Source: Felis catus (Eukaryota). Taken from it: a stretch of DNA of 64,000 nt. The notes under the pieces were generated by a model that was not told the DNA's origin, searched no databases, and was given only the letters and a program-made list of their open reading frames with translations. Each line of letters begins with the position of its first letter. The stretch's first letter is position 1. This document shows positions 13,724 to 26,709 of the stretch, in pieces. The position numbers and the translations under genes are program-made. The DNA is taken from contig NC_058383.1 of NCBI RefSeq assembly GCF_018350175.1, forward strand, positions 13,890,001 through 13,954,000, given 5' to 3'.

Positions 13724-15351
13724 TTTACAAAAGCGAAATGCAGTTATGTGAGTAACCGTCCTCAGACTTTTTAAGTAGGGAAGTTTGCTGTGTGTGGTTT
13801 TTGGTTTTCCTTTTTATTTGTTTATTATTCCCGATCTCATTTCTAAGAGGAAACACCAGATTGGGGCCAGGGTCTTCCAGCATGAGCGCATTTTGCCTTT
13901 CTAGAGGCACGTTGTCATAAAACTAGAAACAGGAAAAGACATTTAAAAGCATTGGGGGTAGGACGAGGTACACCTCAGAAGTGACATCTATCTGCTTGGA
14001 ATTGTGGCTTATAGGCCGGGTTATCCATACCTGGGACTTGCGTGATGGCCCTGTGAAACCCTCCTGTCTTGGGATGAAATGACAATGATTTTCCAACCCC
14101 TCCCCCCCGTCTGCCATTCCCTGCACCCTCACACCCTGGGCCCTGGTCTGTCCCCTCTGGGCTGCACCAACTCTCCAGTGCCTCTCCAAACAGACTGCTA
14201 GGTCATTTAATAAATTAGACTATTTCCCTCACTCACAATTATCCAATCACACAGAAAACTACATCTGGGCAAGAAAGTGTCTCTCTTGGTGTTGCAATAG
14301 GCCTTTCCAGGCCATCTTACTGATTGAATATGTAGATTGCAGTTCATTAGCGGAGTTCTTCATATGTATGCAAATCAGGCTGTTAACAACTCCAGCTTAA
14401 TTGTTAGTTGTACAGCAGCTGACTGCTTTTCTTTCATGCTTCCCCCTCCCCTCCCTTCTCCTTATAGGCAAGCTTTGTGCCTAAGCTTGAGCCCTTTTCC
14501 CACCCGCGTTAACTTCTGGTGTGAGGGGAGTCCTCGAAGTTGTGCTTTCTGCAATAAGATACCTGGTGAAACACGTCCTGACTCCTCCGTCCCCCCAGAT
14601 GGGAGGGCCTGCGAGCGCCAGGAGTAGGCTTTTTTGTCGTTGCCGTAAATTCAAAGGACACAAGCCTGTGGATAAGGTTATTGTTACGAATGACATCCAA
14701 GAATGGTGGTGGTTTCGGAAAGATGAAGCCGAATTACCGTAGGAATCAGTGAATAGGAGATGTGTGCAGTCCCTGAATCAGGCCCGCCTGTTCCATTTCC
14801 ACCCCTGCTAATGAGTAATGACTGAGCGTAATTCCTTGTTATTGTCTGCCGGTTAAAATTTAGAGTTAGCTTAATGTCTGTGAAACACTTGCAGTTATTC
14901 CGATGAGGGGCACCTGGTGCAGCAAATGGCCGCGACGTTCACGCAAGCAGTTCTTAGAGTGCTTGGTGGTAACGCAAAAGACACAGTGACAGGGCCGTCC
15001 GTGTCTCAGAAGAAGATGGAGTTGGGGGCAGTCCTTTCACATGTTTCTTCTCTTTGGTCCTGTGCTGCTTATTGCGGTGAGAAGTGACGTGGTCCACGTC
15101 TCTGCTTTTGGATGCCTTCCCCAGACAGGGCAAAGTCGGGTCAGGGTCCCCGGAGAAACTAGGGAGCGGGTCCTCTTGAAGAACATGTGTGATCAACTGG
15201 GGGAGATGCCTCTGTGAACTCTCGTCTTCCAGAATGAAACAAACAAACGAAATCGACGTGTGACTTGCATTATTTTAGAAGGAAAAGAAAGATCTTGCTT
15301 TTCAGGTCATGTGTTCTATGCCTCCTAAGCTGTGGTCTGATTAATTTGTAG

Positions 15352-15702
<351 letters not shown>

Positions 15703-16644
15703 TAGTTTCTGTTTGACCCGTCTTCTCTGTCTACGTCCCCTTACATATTCTCACCGAAGAAGTAACTATAAAATGTTTTGAATGGAAAAGCGTGAAGCAC
15801 TTTTCTTCCTGGACATCACAGGACCCTCTCCCCGCACCCCCCCCCCCCAACCCCAACAGCGCTCCTGGACCCTACTTGTAATGCAGAATCCTCCTCTGAC
15901 CTGAGTCAAATGTCCCTTGCGCTTTGGTTATGTCACTCGTTCATGACGCACACCTCCACCGCCTCTCAAAAACAATTGGAGGTTCTACAAAAGATGCAGT
16001 CTTGTCTCGTGGGTTGTTACTTACGTTTGGCTTTAGAGTAAATGTGGACAGACGGTGACTTTTTACAACATCGTCTTCTTCCCTGGCTAAGGGGCAGTCA
16101 GAAACTGATGACCAGAGTTAGGTTAGAAGTTAAAAATGAACTAGCTGCGTAAGTATTTTTACGATGTTTAGTGACCCTTTCAAAAGTGTGTAATACCTCT
16201 AAGTAGTGTGCGGTCATCACATGGAGTGCGTTGGTTCCACCTTACGTCTGGAGAGGACAGCTCTCCCAGAAACCCCTGGGTACCCAGGCTTCCAGGTCTA
16301 CGGTCCGGAGGCCGTCCTCCCTTAGAACCCAGGCGGTGTGGTTAGAAGGGCTGTTCAGATGTGTAATGTGAGCAAATCATGTTGCCGGAGGGCAAATTGC
16401 TATTGATTAAACTTGGTCGGGGGGCTTGTCAGCGTGGACGTGCCCAGGCTTGTGAAGTGGGGGAAGGGACGCTTGGCACTTTTGATCGTGTGAAAATGGG
16501 TTAATTATTCTCTAAAAGGGCTTCATTTAAAAGTAAAATTCTAACATTTTAATTTCCCCTCCTAATGAAGCACTACAAATTTGTTAATTAGAGCAATTGT
16601 TTGAGTGACAGGCATGTAACCGAGTTGTCATTTTCTCTTCACAG

Positions 16645-16674
16645 TTGACAGATCCTTTCAGACCTATGTTAAGG
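16645..16674 (+). CDS. AUTS2: AUTS2 coding exon 13, 30 nt
   Basis: ttttctcttcacag|TTGACAGATCCTTTCAGACCTATGTTAAGG|gtaaga. Encodes LTDPFRPMLR. Confidence 0.93.
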
Positions 16675-17027
16675 GTAAGAGAGCTTCTTCTAGAACTGTT
16701 TTGCAACCTCTGTTTGACTCCCTGCGGGTTAAAAATACAAATCCATTACAAGGAAACAAGCCATAGAAACGCTGAAATAAAATGTTGGGAGGAGAGTGGC
16801 TGGGCTTTTCAGGTAGTGTAATTGGAAATGGCCCACATTGTGTTGCTTTGAGTGTTGGAGGAAGCCAGGCCATTGAGGGAAAGCAAACAGAACATTCAAC
16901 TGAGGCACCGTATCTTGTTGGTAGGGCTGCTGAAAGCTTGACTAGTGGGAACGTACGTGGGAAGTCTTCAGCTAAAGGCAGAAATTAGGATTTCACTGAG
17001 CTCTGTGGTCTCTCCTGCACCTAGAAG

Positions 17028-17080
<53 letters not shown>

Positions 17081-17106
17081 CACAGATACATAGATACATA
17101 GATAGA
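17028..17106. repeat. (GATA)n tetranucleotide microsatellite with degenerate tail
   Basis: About 13 perfect GATA units, then GATACA variants. Confidence 0.95.
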
Positions 17107-18405
17107 TCACTCGATCCATCTATTTATCTGGGCGGGTGGCTGCCTCATTCTGTGGTACGTGATGTTGACCCTCAGAGCCATTCAACCTATTTCTCTGGTG
17201 CAGAAGAGGGCCATACTAAGCATTGGTTTTGTTAATGTCTTGAGTGGTCTGGAGAGTGGCCAAGAGATGACCTCTGAATAAACGCTGACTTACTGGGGAG
17301 GGGGATGGTCGGATGGAAGATGGATGGATAGATTTCCAGCTACACTTAACCCATTTCTGGCGCCTCTCATCAGATAATTCAATTTCTCCAAAGCGAAACA
17401 AAGGAGAACTGTGTCATCACGTAGGTGATTTCAGATGACCCATGATTTCATGACAAGAGAACTGACCCCAGACTTGGATTTAAGGATATCTTTCAGAAAC
17501 AGCTCCTTAATATAGAAACCAGAAGCGTCTGTCCTTTGCCGATGTAGGAATGGGGCAGCGTTTCCTCTCATCTGGCCTGTAGTTACTGAGCGCGTGTCGG
17601 GAGCTTATGAGTAGGTTACGCAACAAGACTACAAACGGATTGGCAGGAGGTGGTCCCTGCCCTCCAGGGTGGTAAGACAGCTCACTCAGTTACTCCTCTG
17701 CTTGGAAAGCAAGACGTGAACTGATCTGAGAGACGTGGCTCGATACACTCCCAGACGTGACAGCAGCAGAGGCCTAGAGCACAGGAAGGAACCCCCTCTC
17801 TTTGTTTCTTCTCTTTTCACTTGGGAACGAGCGGCACCCAAGAACACCAGCGGGTAGTTGACTCTTAGCGAAGCGTTTGTGGGAACAGGGCCTCAATGGA
17901 AATGTGAATTTCTTTGTTCCGCTCTGGGGGTTAACACAAAACCGCGTTGGGGGAGGCTCCGCGGGTTCTTCTGTACCCTCTCTTGTTTTGAACCGATTCA
18001 CAGACGCTCCCTAATTAGCTCTTCTGAACAGCCGATTTGCATGGTAGCATGGCCGCATTTGTTAGGTACAGCTTCCCCCTCTCCCGCTCTGCCAGTTGGC
18101 ACCAGAAAAGAAAGAAGAGACACAGAGTGGGGCTCGGGCTTTTGCCATCTTGTGCTCGGTAACCGGGGAGGTCCCCGTCCAGTGTGGCTTTCTGAGCAGT
18201 GGCTTCCAGCTCGGGCCCCAAGGGAGGAGGGGCAGAGCTGACCGGGGGTTCCCTGAGGCCTGGGCCCTGGGCAGCCGCTAAGAGAGGGCACTTGGAGGGG
18301 GGACTGAGCACAACCGGGCCGTGAAAAAGAGCGTCTGCAGCCAAAATCTGCTGAAAAGCTCTGAAGGAATTGGGAGATGCTGTTCTCTGGAAGGTCTTCT
18401 TGTGA

Positions 18406-18612
<207 letters not shown>

Positions 18613-19000
18613 TAAACAGCTTCTAAAGATCCACTGGCAAGAAGATGCTATTAGGGAATCTTACTATTAATTAGGGAAACCACCAATAAAATGATAAAAT
18701 AGGAATAAACCAAGAACTCCCTGATGGTTTGTTTTTTTTTTTTCCTTTTAGAGGATTTTGTCATCATATTGATCCAAATTAGATTAAATCCTGCAAAAAG
18801 GGGTAATCTAATTATAGCAACCACGTGTTTATACAGAAAATAACAGAGTGTCTGGGAACAGCCACACACGGAAGTTTTCATTTCTGTAAGATTTGGTGCA
18901 TTGGTTTCATCTTATGACTTTGGGAAGCTGATAGAGCCCTTTAGACCCTATGGGATGCTACTAAGCTTCCATCAGCAACACGTGGCGTTAAGAATTTCTT

Positions 19001-19132
19001 GAGGCGCCTGGGTGGCTCAGTTGGTTAAGTGTCTGACTTCAGCTCAAGGTCATGACCTCGTGGTTCGTGGGTTCGAACCCCGCATCATGCTCTGTGCTAA
19101 CAGCTCAGAGCCTGGAGCCTGCTTCTGATTCC

Positions 19133-19173
<41 letters not shown>

Positions 19174-19255
19174 CCTCCCCTGCTTATGCTCTCTCTCTCC
19201 TCCTCTCAAAAATAAGCAAACATTAAAAAAAAAGACACCTAAAAAAATAAAAAAA
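19001..19255 (+). mobile_element. Can-SINE
   Basis: Head, long (CT)n, A tail; aagaatttct flanks. Confidence 0.9.
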
Positions 19256-19511
19256 GAATTTCTCTTTCAGACGTCGTGTTTGGTTCGCAGTGACCTTAGT
19301 CATCTTGGTGACCGGTGACACAGGTTAGAAAACAGTCAGTACCCGTCAGAACCACCTCCGGCCCGTTACCCTGCAGATTATTTTGCTTCTTTTGGCTGTG
19401 TTTTTGTCACACAGATGAATACTACATTCCACTTTTCCGGCCACTTACGTGCTAGCCATTAGATTGCTGACAATTAAGAAGGTGGGGCAACTCTGAAACC
19501 CCCATATTTGA

Positions 19512-19711
19512 GGGGCGCCTGGGTGGCTCAGTCAGCTGAGCGTCCAACCTCGGCTCAGGTCATGATCTCGCGGTTCGTGATAGGGTCAAGAGCCTTCTGC
19601 AGGAGACCAGACGAGGCATCACTAGCTGACGTAGTTGTAACAGAAATAACTGACAAGTTCAGGTTTCATGTCTGTGTGAGTATGCCCGCATCAGTGCAGA
19701 ACCTGCTTAGG

Positions 19712-19749
<38 letters not shown>

Positions 19750-19813
19750 TTTTTCTGCCCCGCCCCCTGCTCGCTGGCTCTGAATAAATAAATAACTTAA
19801 AAAAAAAAAAAAA
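19512..19813 (+). mobile_element. Chimeric Can-SINE with ~110-bp non-SINE internal insert
   Basis: SINE head to ...cggttcgtga (19580), unrelated sequence 19581-19690, then SINE (CT)n and A tail. Confidence 0.8.
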
Positions 19814-19852
19814 GCTGATAAATAAAGGAGGGAGAGCTGGTTGTCACAGAAA

Positions 19853-20059
19853 TGTTTTGTTTTGTTTTGTTTCATTTATTTTGAGAGGGACCCCAAGCAG
19901 GGGAGGGGCAGAGACACAGGGAGACGCAGAATCCGAAGCAGGCTCCGGGCTCTGAGCTGTCAGCCCGGAGCCCGACGCGGGGCTTGAACTCACGAACCGT
20001 GAGATCACGACCTGACCTGAACTTGGCCGCTCAACCGACTGAGCCACCCAGGCGCCCCT
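19853..20059 (-). mobile_element. Can-SINE
   Basis: Antisense SINE 40 bp from the previous sense SINE. Confidence 0.9.
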
Positions 20060-21404
20060 GTTTTCTTTTTTAATGATTAAATGATTGAAAACGACAACAA
20101 CAACCTAGCTAAAAGTTAAAAAGCCGACCTCAAGAAATGAGGTCACTAAGCTATTTTGCTTCGGTGCCAAGTACCCGCTCTCCTGCTCTTTCCCCTAGCG
20201 TCCCGTCAGTGAGTTTTGCTCACTTTTATTTTATTGTTAGGCGAGGTTTAATTAGAAACCCGATGGTTTAGCAAACCTGCGTGCTTAGGACGCTGACTAA
20301 ATTTTGACACTCAGGCCAGTTCCCTCTCTGTTCTGGATGATGGCGGTTAGCGGATCGGTAGGTGAGACTCAACCCTCCTCGTAGCTCCTTCGGTTACAAG
20401 CGATGAAGGGTGTTGTATGTGCTACTTTAGCAACTTCCTCCCCGTGAAGGTGTCCCCGGCGACTAAAACCTTCATTATCTCAATTCAATTAGGAAGCCAT
20501 CTTGCACACGAAGACGGCTGCTCATCTCCCCTTCCCAGCGAGCTCTTTGTAATCCCCAGGTGCCATCCGCTTGGATGGCTTCGTGGACCTAAGTTGTGGT
20601 TAATGTGCTGTGTTGTGTACCGTGCAGTATTAGCACCAAATAATCTGGCAACCAAATTAAAAGAGGCACCCAGAAGATTTTCAAGGATTTATAGTGAATT
20701 AGAAGCTCGGGTTTGGGGTCTGGCTGTCGCTGCCCTGTGGATTTGTGCAGAAATGGCATTGTCCCCTTGCCTGTAGTGTGCGTTTCCTCATTCTGTTAGT
20801 ACTCCCCAAATACCACCTGCAGATTACTTCGGGTGCCAGGCTCAGAGGGCCCTCACCTGCCCTGCTGTCTAGTTGCCCAGCACTCTCCAGCGACCATACC
20901 CACGTACGCATGAGAAGCGATGGAACGTGCTATCCGCTTCCGGCTGGAAGCGATCAGGGACGTTTCATCTCGAGCGGGCACAGCGGATGAGTGGGTGAGG
21001 GAAGGGCGTACTTCGGTCGTCCCGGATTCTCACGCAAGCTAGCCCAGAGGCCTCCTGTTGACTTTAGTATACAGCGGGACGGGGCTGTGCTCGGGACGGG
21101 GAGTGTGCTCAGGGCAGACACGAGGGAGTTTGAGGTGGTGCAGGCCCAAATGGACTGTGAGCGTCAGTCGGGTGGCAGAGGTTGGAGGAGTGGGTCAGAA
21201 TCAGGCGAAGGGCCGTGAAGGATGGGAGCCTGGTGGGCGGGGAGGGCCGGGCAGGGGGACGGGCACAGGGAGGGAAGCATGGAGCCTCCAGCACCCCCCG
21301 CCGGGGGGGGGCAGGGTTGATGCTCATCAGGGGAGGCGTGAGATTCAGAGAGAAGGTTGCTGAGGATTAAGAAGGTGGGGCAACTCTGAAACCCCCATTT
21401 TTGA

Positions 21405-21626
21405 GGGGCGCCTGGGTGGCCCCGTCACTTAACCGTCCGACTTCGGCTCAGGTCATGACCTCGCAGTTTACGATCTTGAGCCCCGTGTCCAACTCTGGGC
21501 TGACGCTCGGAGCCCGGAGCCTGCTTCAGATTCTCTGCCTCTCTCCCTCCCTCTCTGCCCCTCCCCTGCTCGCACCCTGTCTCTCTCAAAAATGAACAAA
21601 CATTAAAAAAATCTTCTTTAAAAAAG
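21405..21626 (+). mobile_element. Can-SINE
   Basis: Full SINE; degenerate TSD gaaacccccatttttgag / gaaaaccccgtatttgag. Confidence 0.9.
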
Positions 21627-21819
21627 AAAACCCCGTATTTGAGACGGCCACTGGCCTGAAGAGTGACGCCACAGTGCAGAAGGGAGGAAACGGTGAGCCA
21701 GTTTCTACAGCCTTCCGGGAAGGTGAACGGAGAGTAGCTTGAGGGTGGATACATACAACTGGGTGGAAACAGAGCGATGGCGGCCGATGGCAAGTGCTTC
21801 GCAAGAGGAGAAGTTGTGG

Positions 21820-22001
21820 CGGTGCCTGCGTGGCCCAGTCGCTTAAGCATCCGACTCTTGGTTTCGGCTCAGGTCGTGATCTCACAGGTCACAAGTTCAA
21901 GCTTATGTCAAGGACCTTGGGCTCCTTGCGCTGACAGCGTGGAGCCTGTATGGGATTCTCTCTCCCTCTCTCTCTGCTGTCTCTCAAAAACAAAAACAAA
22001 A
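21820..22001 (+). mobile_element. Older Can-SINE
   Basis: ggtgcctgcgtggcccagtcgcttaagcatccgactcttggtttcggctcagg... Confidence 0.8.
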
Positions 22002-22671
22002 GACGAGAAGTTCTCGATGGTTCCCTGGCTGATCTCTTCCTCCGGGAGTCGTGGGGCAGGGCCAAGAAAAAGACCCCTGTTCGTTCGATGAGTACCCCTG
22101 CTTTGTTGCTGTTTGTGTTTGTTTTTGTTTTAATATGTAACAATGAGCATCTGAAAATTAGCTTGTAGCGTGCAAATATTTCATCATAACTTCCCGTTAC
22201 TAATGTACTGTGATCTATTAGAGTACAGCATAGAGTCATTAACGATTAATTTGCACAGCAGATTATTCATGCAGAATTCCTAATAAAATGAGCTTTGAAA
22301 TACTATCATTTAAAAACTTGCTAAAATGGGCCTTTACAGCGAATAATAAACTGTTTCGGAGTGGTGGCGAGTTTGAATCAGGGGTTTTATTCCTCAGGCC
22401 GTATGACCTCACAGACGGAACACTGGCCCCGTCCGGACGCAGGCCCCACTAGCCCCTCGTAGGTTGACCTGCTTTTCTGGCATTCGAGGGTGAGGTGCTT
22501 TGTGGGCTGTTGTTCTCCCAGCTTTTGTAAACTTGAACCTGACTGTAGCACGCAGCCCAAGAGCACCATTCACAGAGTCTCCTTTTACCATCTCTGCCTC
22601 TTCGCTGAGATCGTTCTTCCCTGCCGTTCCTCTTAGGGTTTCATCTTTTCTTTTTCCCCTTTTTCCCCTAG

Positions 22672-22845
<174 letters not shown>

Positions 22846-22897
22846 TGAAGAGAACTCTTCTCTTCAAAGAGGAATGTTGTTCGCAGGTACAATTTCT

Positions 22898-23114
22898 GGG
22901 ACGCCTGGGTGGCTCAGTCGGTTAAGCGTCCGACTTCGGCTCGGGTCACGATCTCGCGGTCCGAGTTCGAGCCCCGCGTCGGGCTCTGGGCTGACGGCTC
23001 GGAGCCTGGAGCCCCCTTCAGATTCTGTGTCTCCCTCTCTCTCTGACCCTCCCCCGTTCATGCTCTGTCTTTCTCTGTCTCAAAAATAAATAAACATGAA
23101 AAAAAAAACCCAAA
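22898..23114 (+). mobile_element. Can-SINE with TSD, ~85 nt downstream of exon 15 donor
   Basis: TSD tacaatttctg on both sides. Confidence 0.92.
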
Positions 23115-24239
23115 ACTACAATTTCTGCCAGCTTGCAAGGCAACATCCCAGTACGTCTAGGGAGACGGACCCTTCTTCACTGATACGCCCTCTTTCATTA
23201 CAGAGAGAAAAAAAGATCATCTTTCTCTTCGGGGCCTCATGTTGCTTCGGCTCATTATTTGATCGTAGAAAACTTGCAGGACGGGGTAGAAACGCCTGAG
23301 GGATCTGTTCATTAACCTTCGAATGCCTCCTAGGTGTGCCAAAGCGGGGGCGGTGGGAACCGGGGGTCACTGCGTCAGAGAACGACCCGTTTCCGCTCCA
23401 AGGACATACAGACAAAAGGCAGCGGACACACAGCCGTAAGGCGCATCGGGAAACGAGAACAGCCCTCTCGGGATCAGAGGAGCCTTACCATCCAGGCCTT
23501 GGAAAGCCATTTTGCCGCACAGAGCTCCGCTCACTAATACTTGTAAATGGCGACGCTGCGCTCAATCTGGTGACGGGCTTCATAACTTCATACCCACCGT
23601 GCTAAGTAGAATTTATTCTTCTGGACATAAATATTCACGGGGCTCCCCGTTCCTGGTCCCGAGGGAACAAGTTTCACATCCATCCTGCCTGCTGCCTTCC
23701 CAGGCTTTTATCCAAGACTCATTTTGGGTTGACCTAAGGCTCTTCCATTCAGAAAGAGAGAGACTCCCCCATTGCAAGAAATCATCATTATAATGGGCCC
23801 TGTTGCCAAAGCAAGTGAGTCACCCTTGAGGCTAGATGGAATTTGCTAAGGTCTCAGGTTTTGCTCTGTGAGTTCTGTCTAGGGACGAATTTGAAAGCTT
23901 TGTTACCATGGCACCTAGGCTCTGAGACAGAGCTACACTAAGAGCAATTTTTGGAGAGAAATAGAGAGATTTCTCCCTGGCTTCCGTTTGAGCCAAGTGG
24001 ATGAATTGGCTGCTTTTGCTTCAATAATTCTGGAACTGCAAGGCACCCCTGGGGGCCCTGGGCTGAGCAAAGCTCCCAATCTTCATCGAAGCATTAATTA
24101 GCTTGTACTACACAGGCTGTGCAGCCACATTTTTATTTAGCTGGCAACACTGTTAACACCTAATGAATATTCTGGACGGTGTTCGCTCGGTAGAGATGGA
24201 GTATCATTTTTGCATTGCCTGGGTGGAGGATAAGTCACC

Positions 24240-24530
24240 GTCCAGGACTGAAGGGATGACTCCTCAGGTGCCTTCCAATTCTCCGAGTCCGTGACTGTGA
24301 CAGACGTCCTCCCGGGTTCCATGGCTTCCTCCACGCCCGAGGCCCCACGAAGACCTGGTCGTCCAGGGAGCAGCGACCCAGAGCATCAACTGAGTTCACA
24401 GGGTTTCGGGAGGGACAGCACTCCTCCATTTGATCCGTCTTCCTGAGGGAATTTATAGTCGTTTGTAGGAACTTCGACAAAATGCAAGAGATCGTGGAGA
24501 AGTGAAAAGTCTCTTCATGGAGGCCCTGTG
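24240..24530. mobile_element. Possible ancient L3/CR1 (or MIR3) relics
   Basis: ggatgactcctcaggtgccttccaattctccgagtccgtga resembles the L3/MIR3 3' end; adjacent sequence is only weakly CR1-like. Confidence 0.3.
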
Positions 24531-25567
24531 TATACATCCGTTCCGGGAGGCCATCTTTCTCAGTATGAGCATCACTGGATCTTGCCCCCGAATGATAATT
24601 TGGTGAAACTTTGAGCCGCGGTGTCTAATTCACACACGCACGTGTTAAATGCAGCCACTTTCAGCTTGCTGTTGGGCACTGATGCCTGAAATAAGCTTAG
24701 GACGCTCCCTCCGGTGAGCCCGGCCAGTCTCTTCTCTGAAGCCGGGCCTGCCGCCCCGGGAGCCGGGATGCCCTCAGCCTTTAGGAATGTGGGCCTCCCC
24801 TGCCTCCTGTGCGCGCACCCTGTGTCTGTCCTCTCCCTCTTGCCTTCCCCCGCTTCCTCCAGGAAAAGGAGGCTGTGGCATCTTGAAGAAATACATTCTG
24901 ATGGGGAAACCGAAGGAAAGGAGACGGCTGAACTAGCACTAAGGGCCCTGGCGGGCGGGTTACTGGTGTCCACAAACACGGACCAAAGGAGCTTTTCCTG
25001 GACCGAAGCCGGAGAGCTGCCTGAAGGCGCTCACGTCCTGTCACCTGGTGCAACGCACGATCCCGGGTTCCGTAGGGCCAGGCCTCGTAGCGCCCCTCCC
25101 GACAGCTAACGCGTGCCTCGGGAAAGGGGTTCCGTGGGGCAAGGCACCGTGGCCCGGACCCACCGCTGCGCGACAGCCGCTCCCAAGCACCGTAAAATGT
25201 GGTTTCAGGCTCGGTGTTCCTCAGAGTGAAAGACCTGCCCCCCCCAACATGCTCCGGGAAGAACGTATCCCGTGGCCAAATGCTCCCCTTTCTGAAAACG
25301 AGCCCAGGAACACGCTAACGGCTCTGAGAAGTCCTTCAGTGAAGAACCTCGCTTAGCACTTTGTAACCGGGCGTTCCTTCAAACTCCTTGGGTCACAGGA
25401 TCACCCCCCTCGCCCCTACCCTTGCGCTATCTCCCCACGCTTCTCGGGCTGCATGCCCCGTTTTGGGGGTGGCCAGCCCCGCCCGGAGAAAGGGCACGGC
25501 TGGGTTTTCTGCTCCCTAACAGGACCCTGTCGTCTCCCGGTGTGTGGCCGGGGTGCCCTTCCGTTAA

Positions 25568-25843
<276 letters not shown>

Positions 25844-26625
25844 TAGACACCTCCCTGACCACGTGGGGCGATGAGGGCCCTTGGGAACAAGTTTCAGCAC
25901 CTGTTGTCCACCCTCGGGGTGTCTCAGCACCCCTGCTGCCACCTCCTTAAAGTAGTAGCTGCGTGCTCCGTAGCCGTCCCACCCGAAGGGACTGATGGCA
26001 CAGTGGGCACGTGCCCGGCCACCTCCGGGAATCCACGTTTACGATGGCCGCTTCCCGCCCAGCGGGGCAAGGTGATGTGGTGAGGAGACATTACCTGCTA
26101 TGTTATAATCCCTTCTCCTTTCACCGTGAGTAGGTCTCCCTCGCAAAGGCGTACGCTTTCTTTGCGGCCTTGATTTATTTGATATTTTCTGCGAATGTGA
26201 CAAGCAGGCGCAGGCAATGGTGTATACGCAGTGCAGCGACAGCGTGTATAATACGCACGACTTCGGCGCTTCGTCACTGAGAGACTCATTTTAAGATGTC
26301 ATTTATTTGTTCTGTTAGAACTTACAGGGCAGGAGGGCGTCCTAAGACACTGCTGGGCTTGAGCGATAGTCCCCACCCGGCGAGAGGGATGGGGCAAAAA
26401 GCATAGTTCTGGAAAGACAGCTCTCGTAAATATTTTGCTAATCCAGTGCCCAAATCCGAGCGCACCGAAAACCTTTTGCACAACCTGGTAGCAGCGGGAG
26501 GGACACGTCGGGTCTGGGTAGAGAGAGGGCGGGGATCCCACATCTCTTTCCCACCTGCCTGGAAGCTCTTCGTGCTCCTCACTCAGTCCAGTCCAACCTT
26601 TTCCTTCCTCCCCATGTGTTCACAG

Positions 26626-26709
26626 AGCCTTTTAACCGTCCGTCTACGTTCACTGGCCTCGCAGCGGTTGGTGGCAATGCCTTCGGGGGACTTGGAAATC
26701 CTTCAGTTA
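26626..26709 (+). CDS. AUTS2: AUTS2 coding exon 17, 84 nt
   Basis: gttcacag|AGCCTTTT ... TCAGTTA|gtgagt. Encodes [28 protein letters not shown]. Confidence 0.94.

Noticed and set aside
13468..13755. Recurrent ORFs such as MAQSVERPTSAQVMISR... and GAPGWRSRLSVRLQPGHDL... across the window
   Set aside because: They are translations of Can-SINE copies, not a protein family.
26220..26260. Short imperfect hairpin tgtatacgc...gcgtgtata in intron 16
   Set aside because: Stem too short for a pre-miRNA or snoRNA call; no box motifs.
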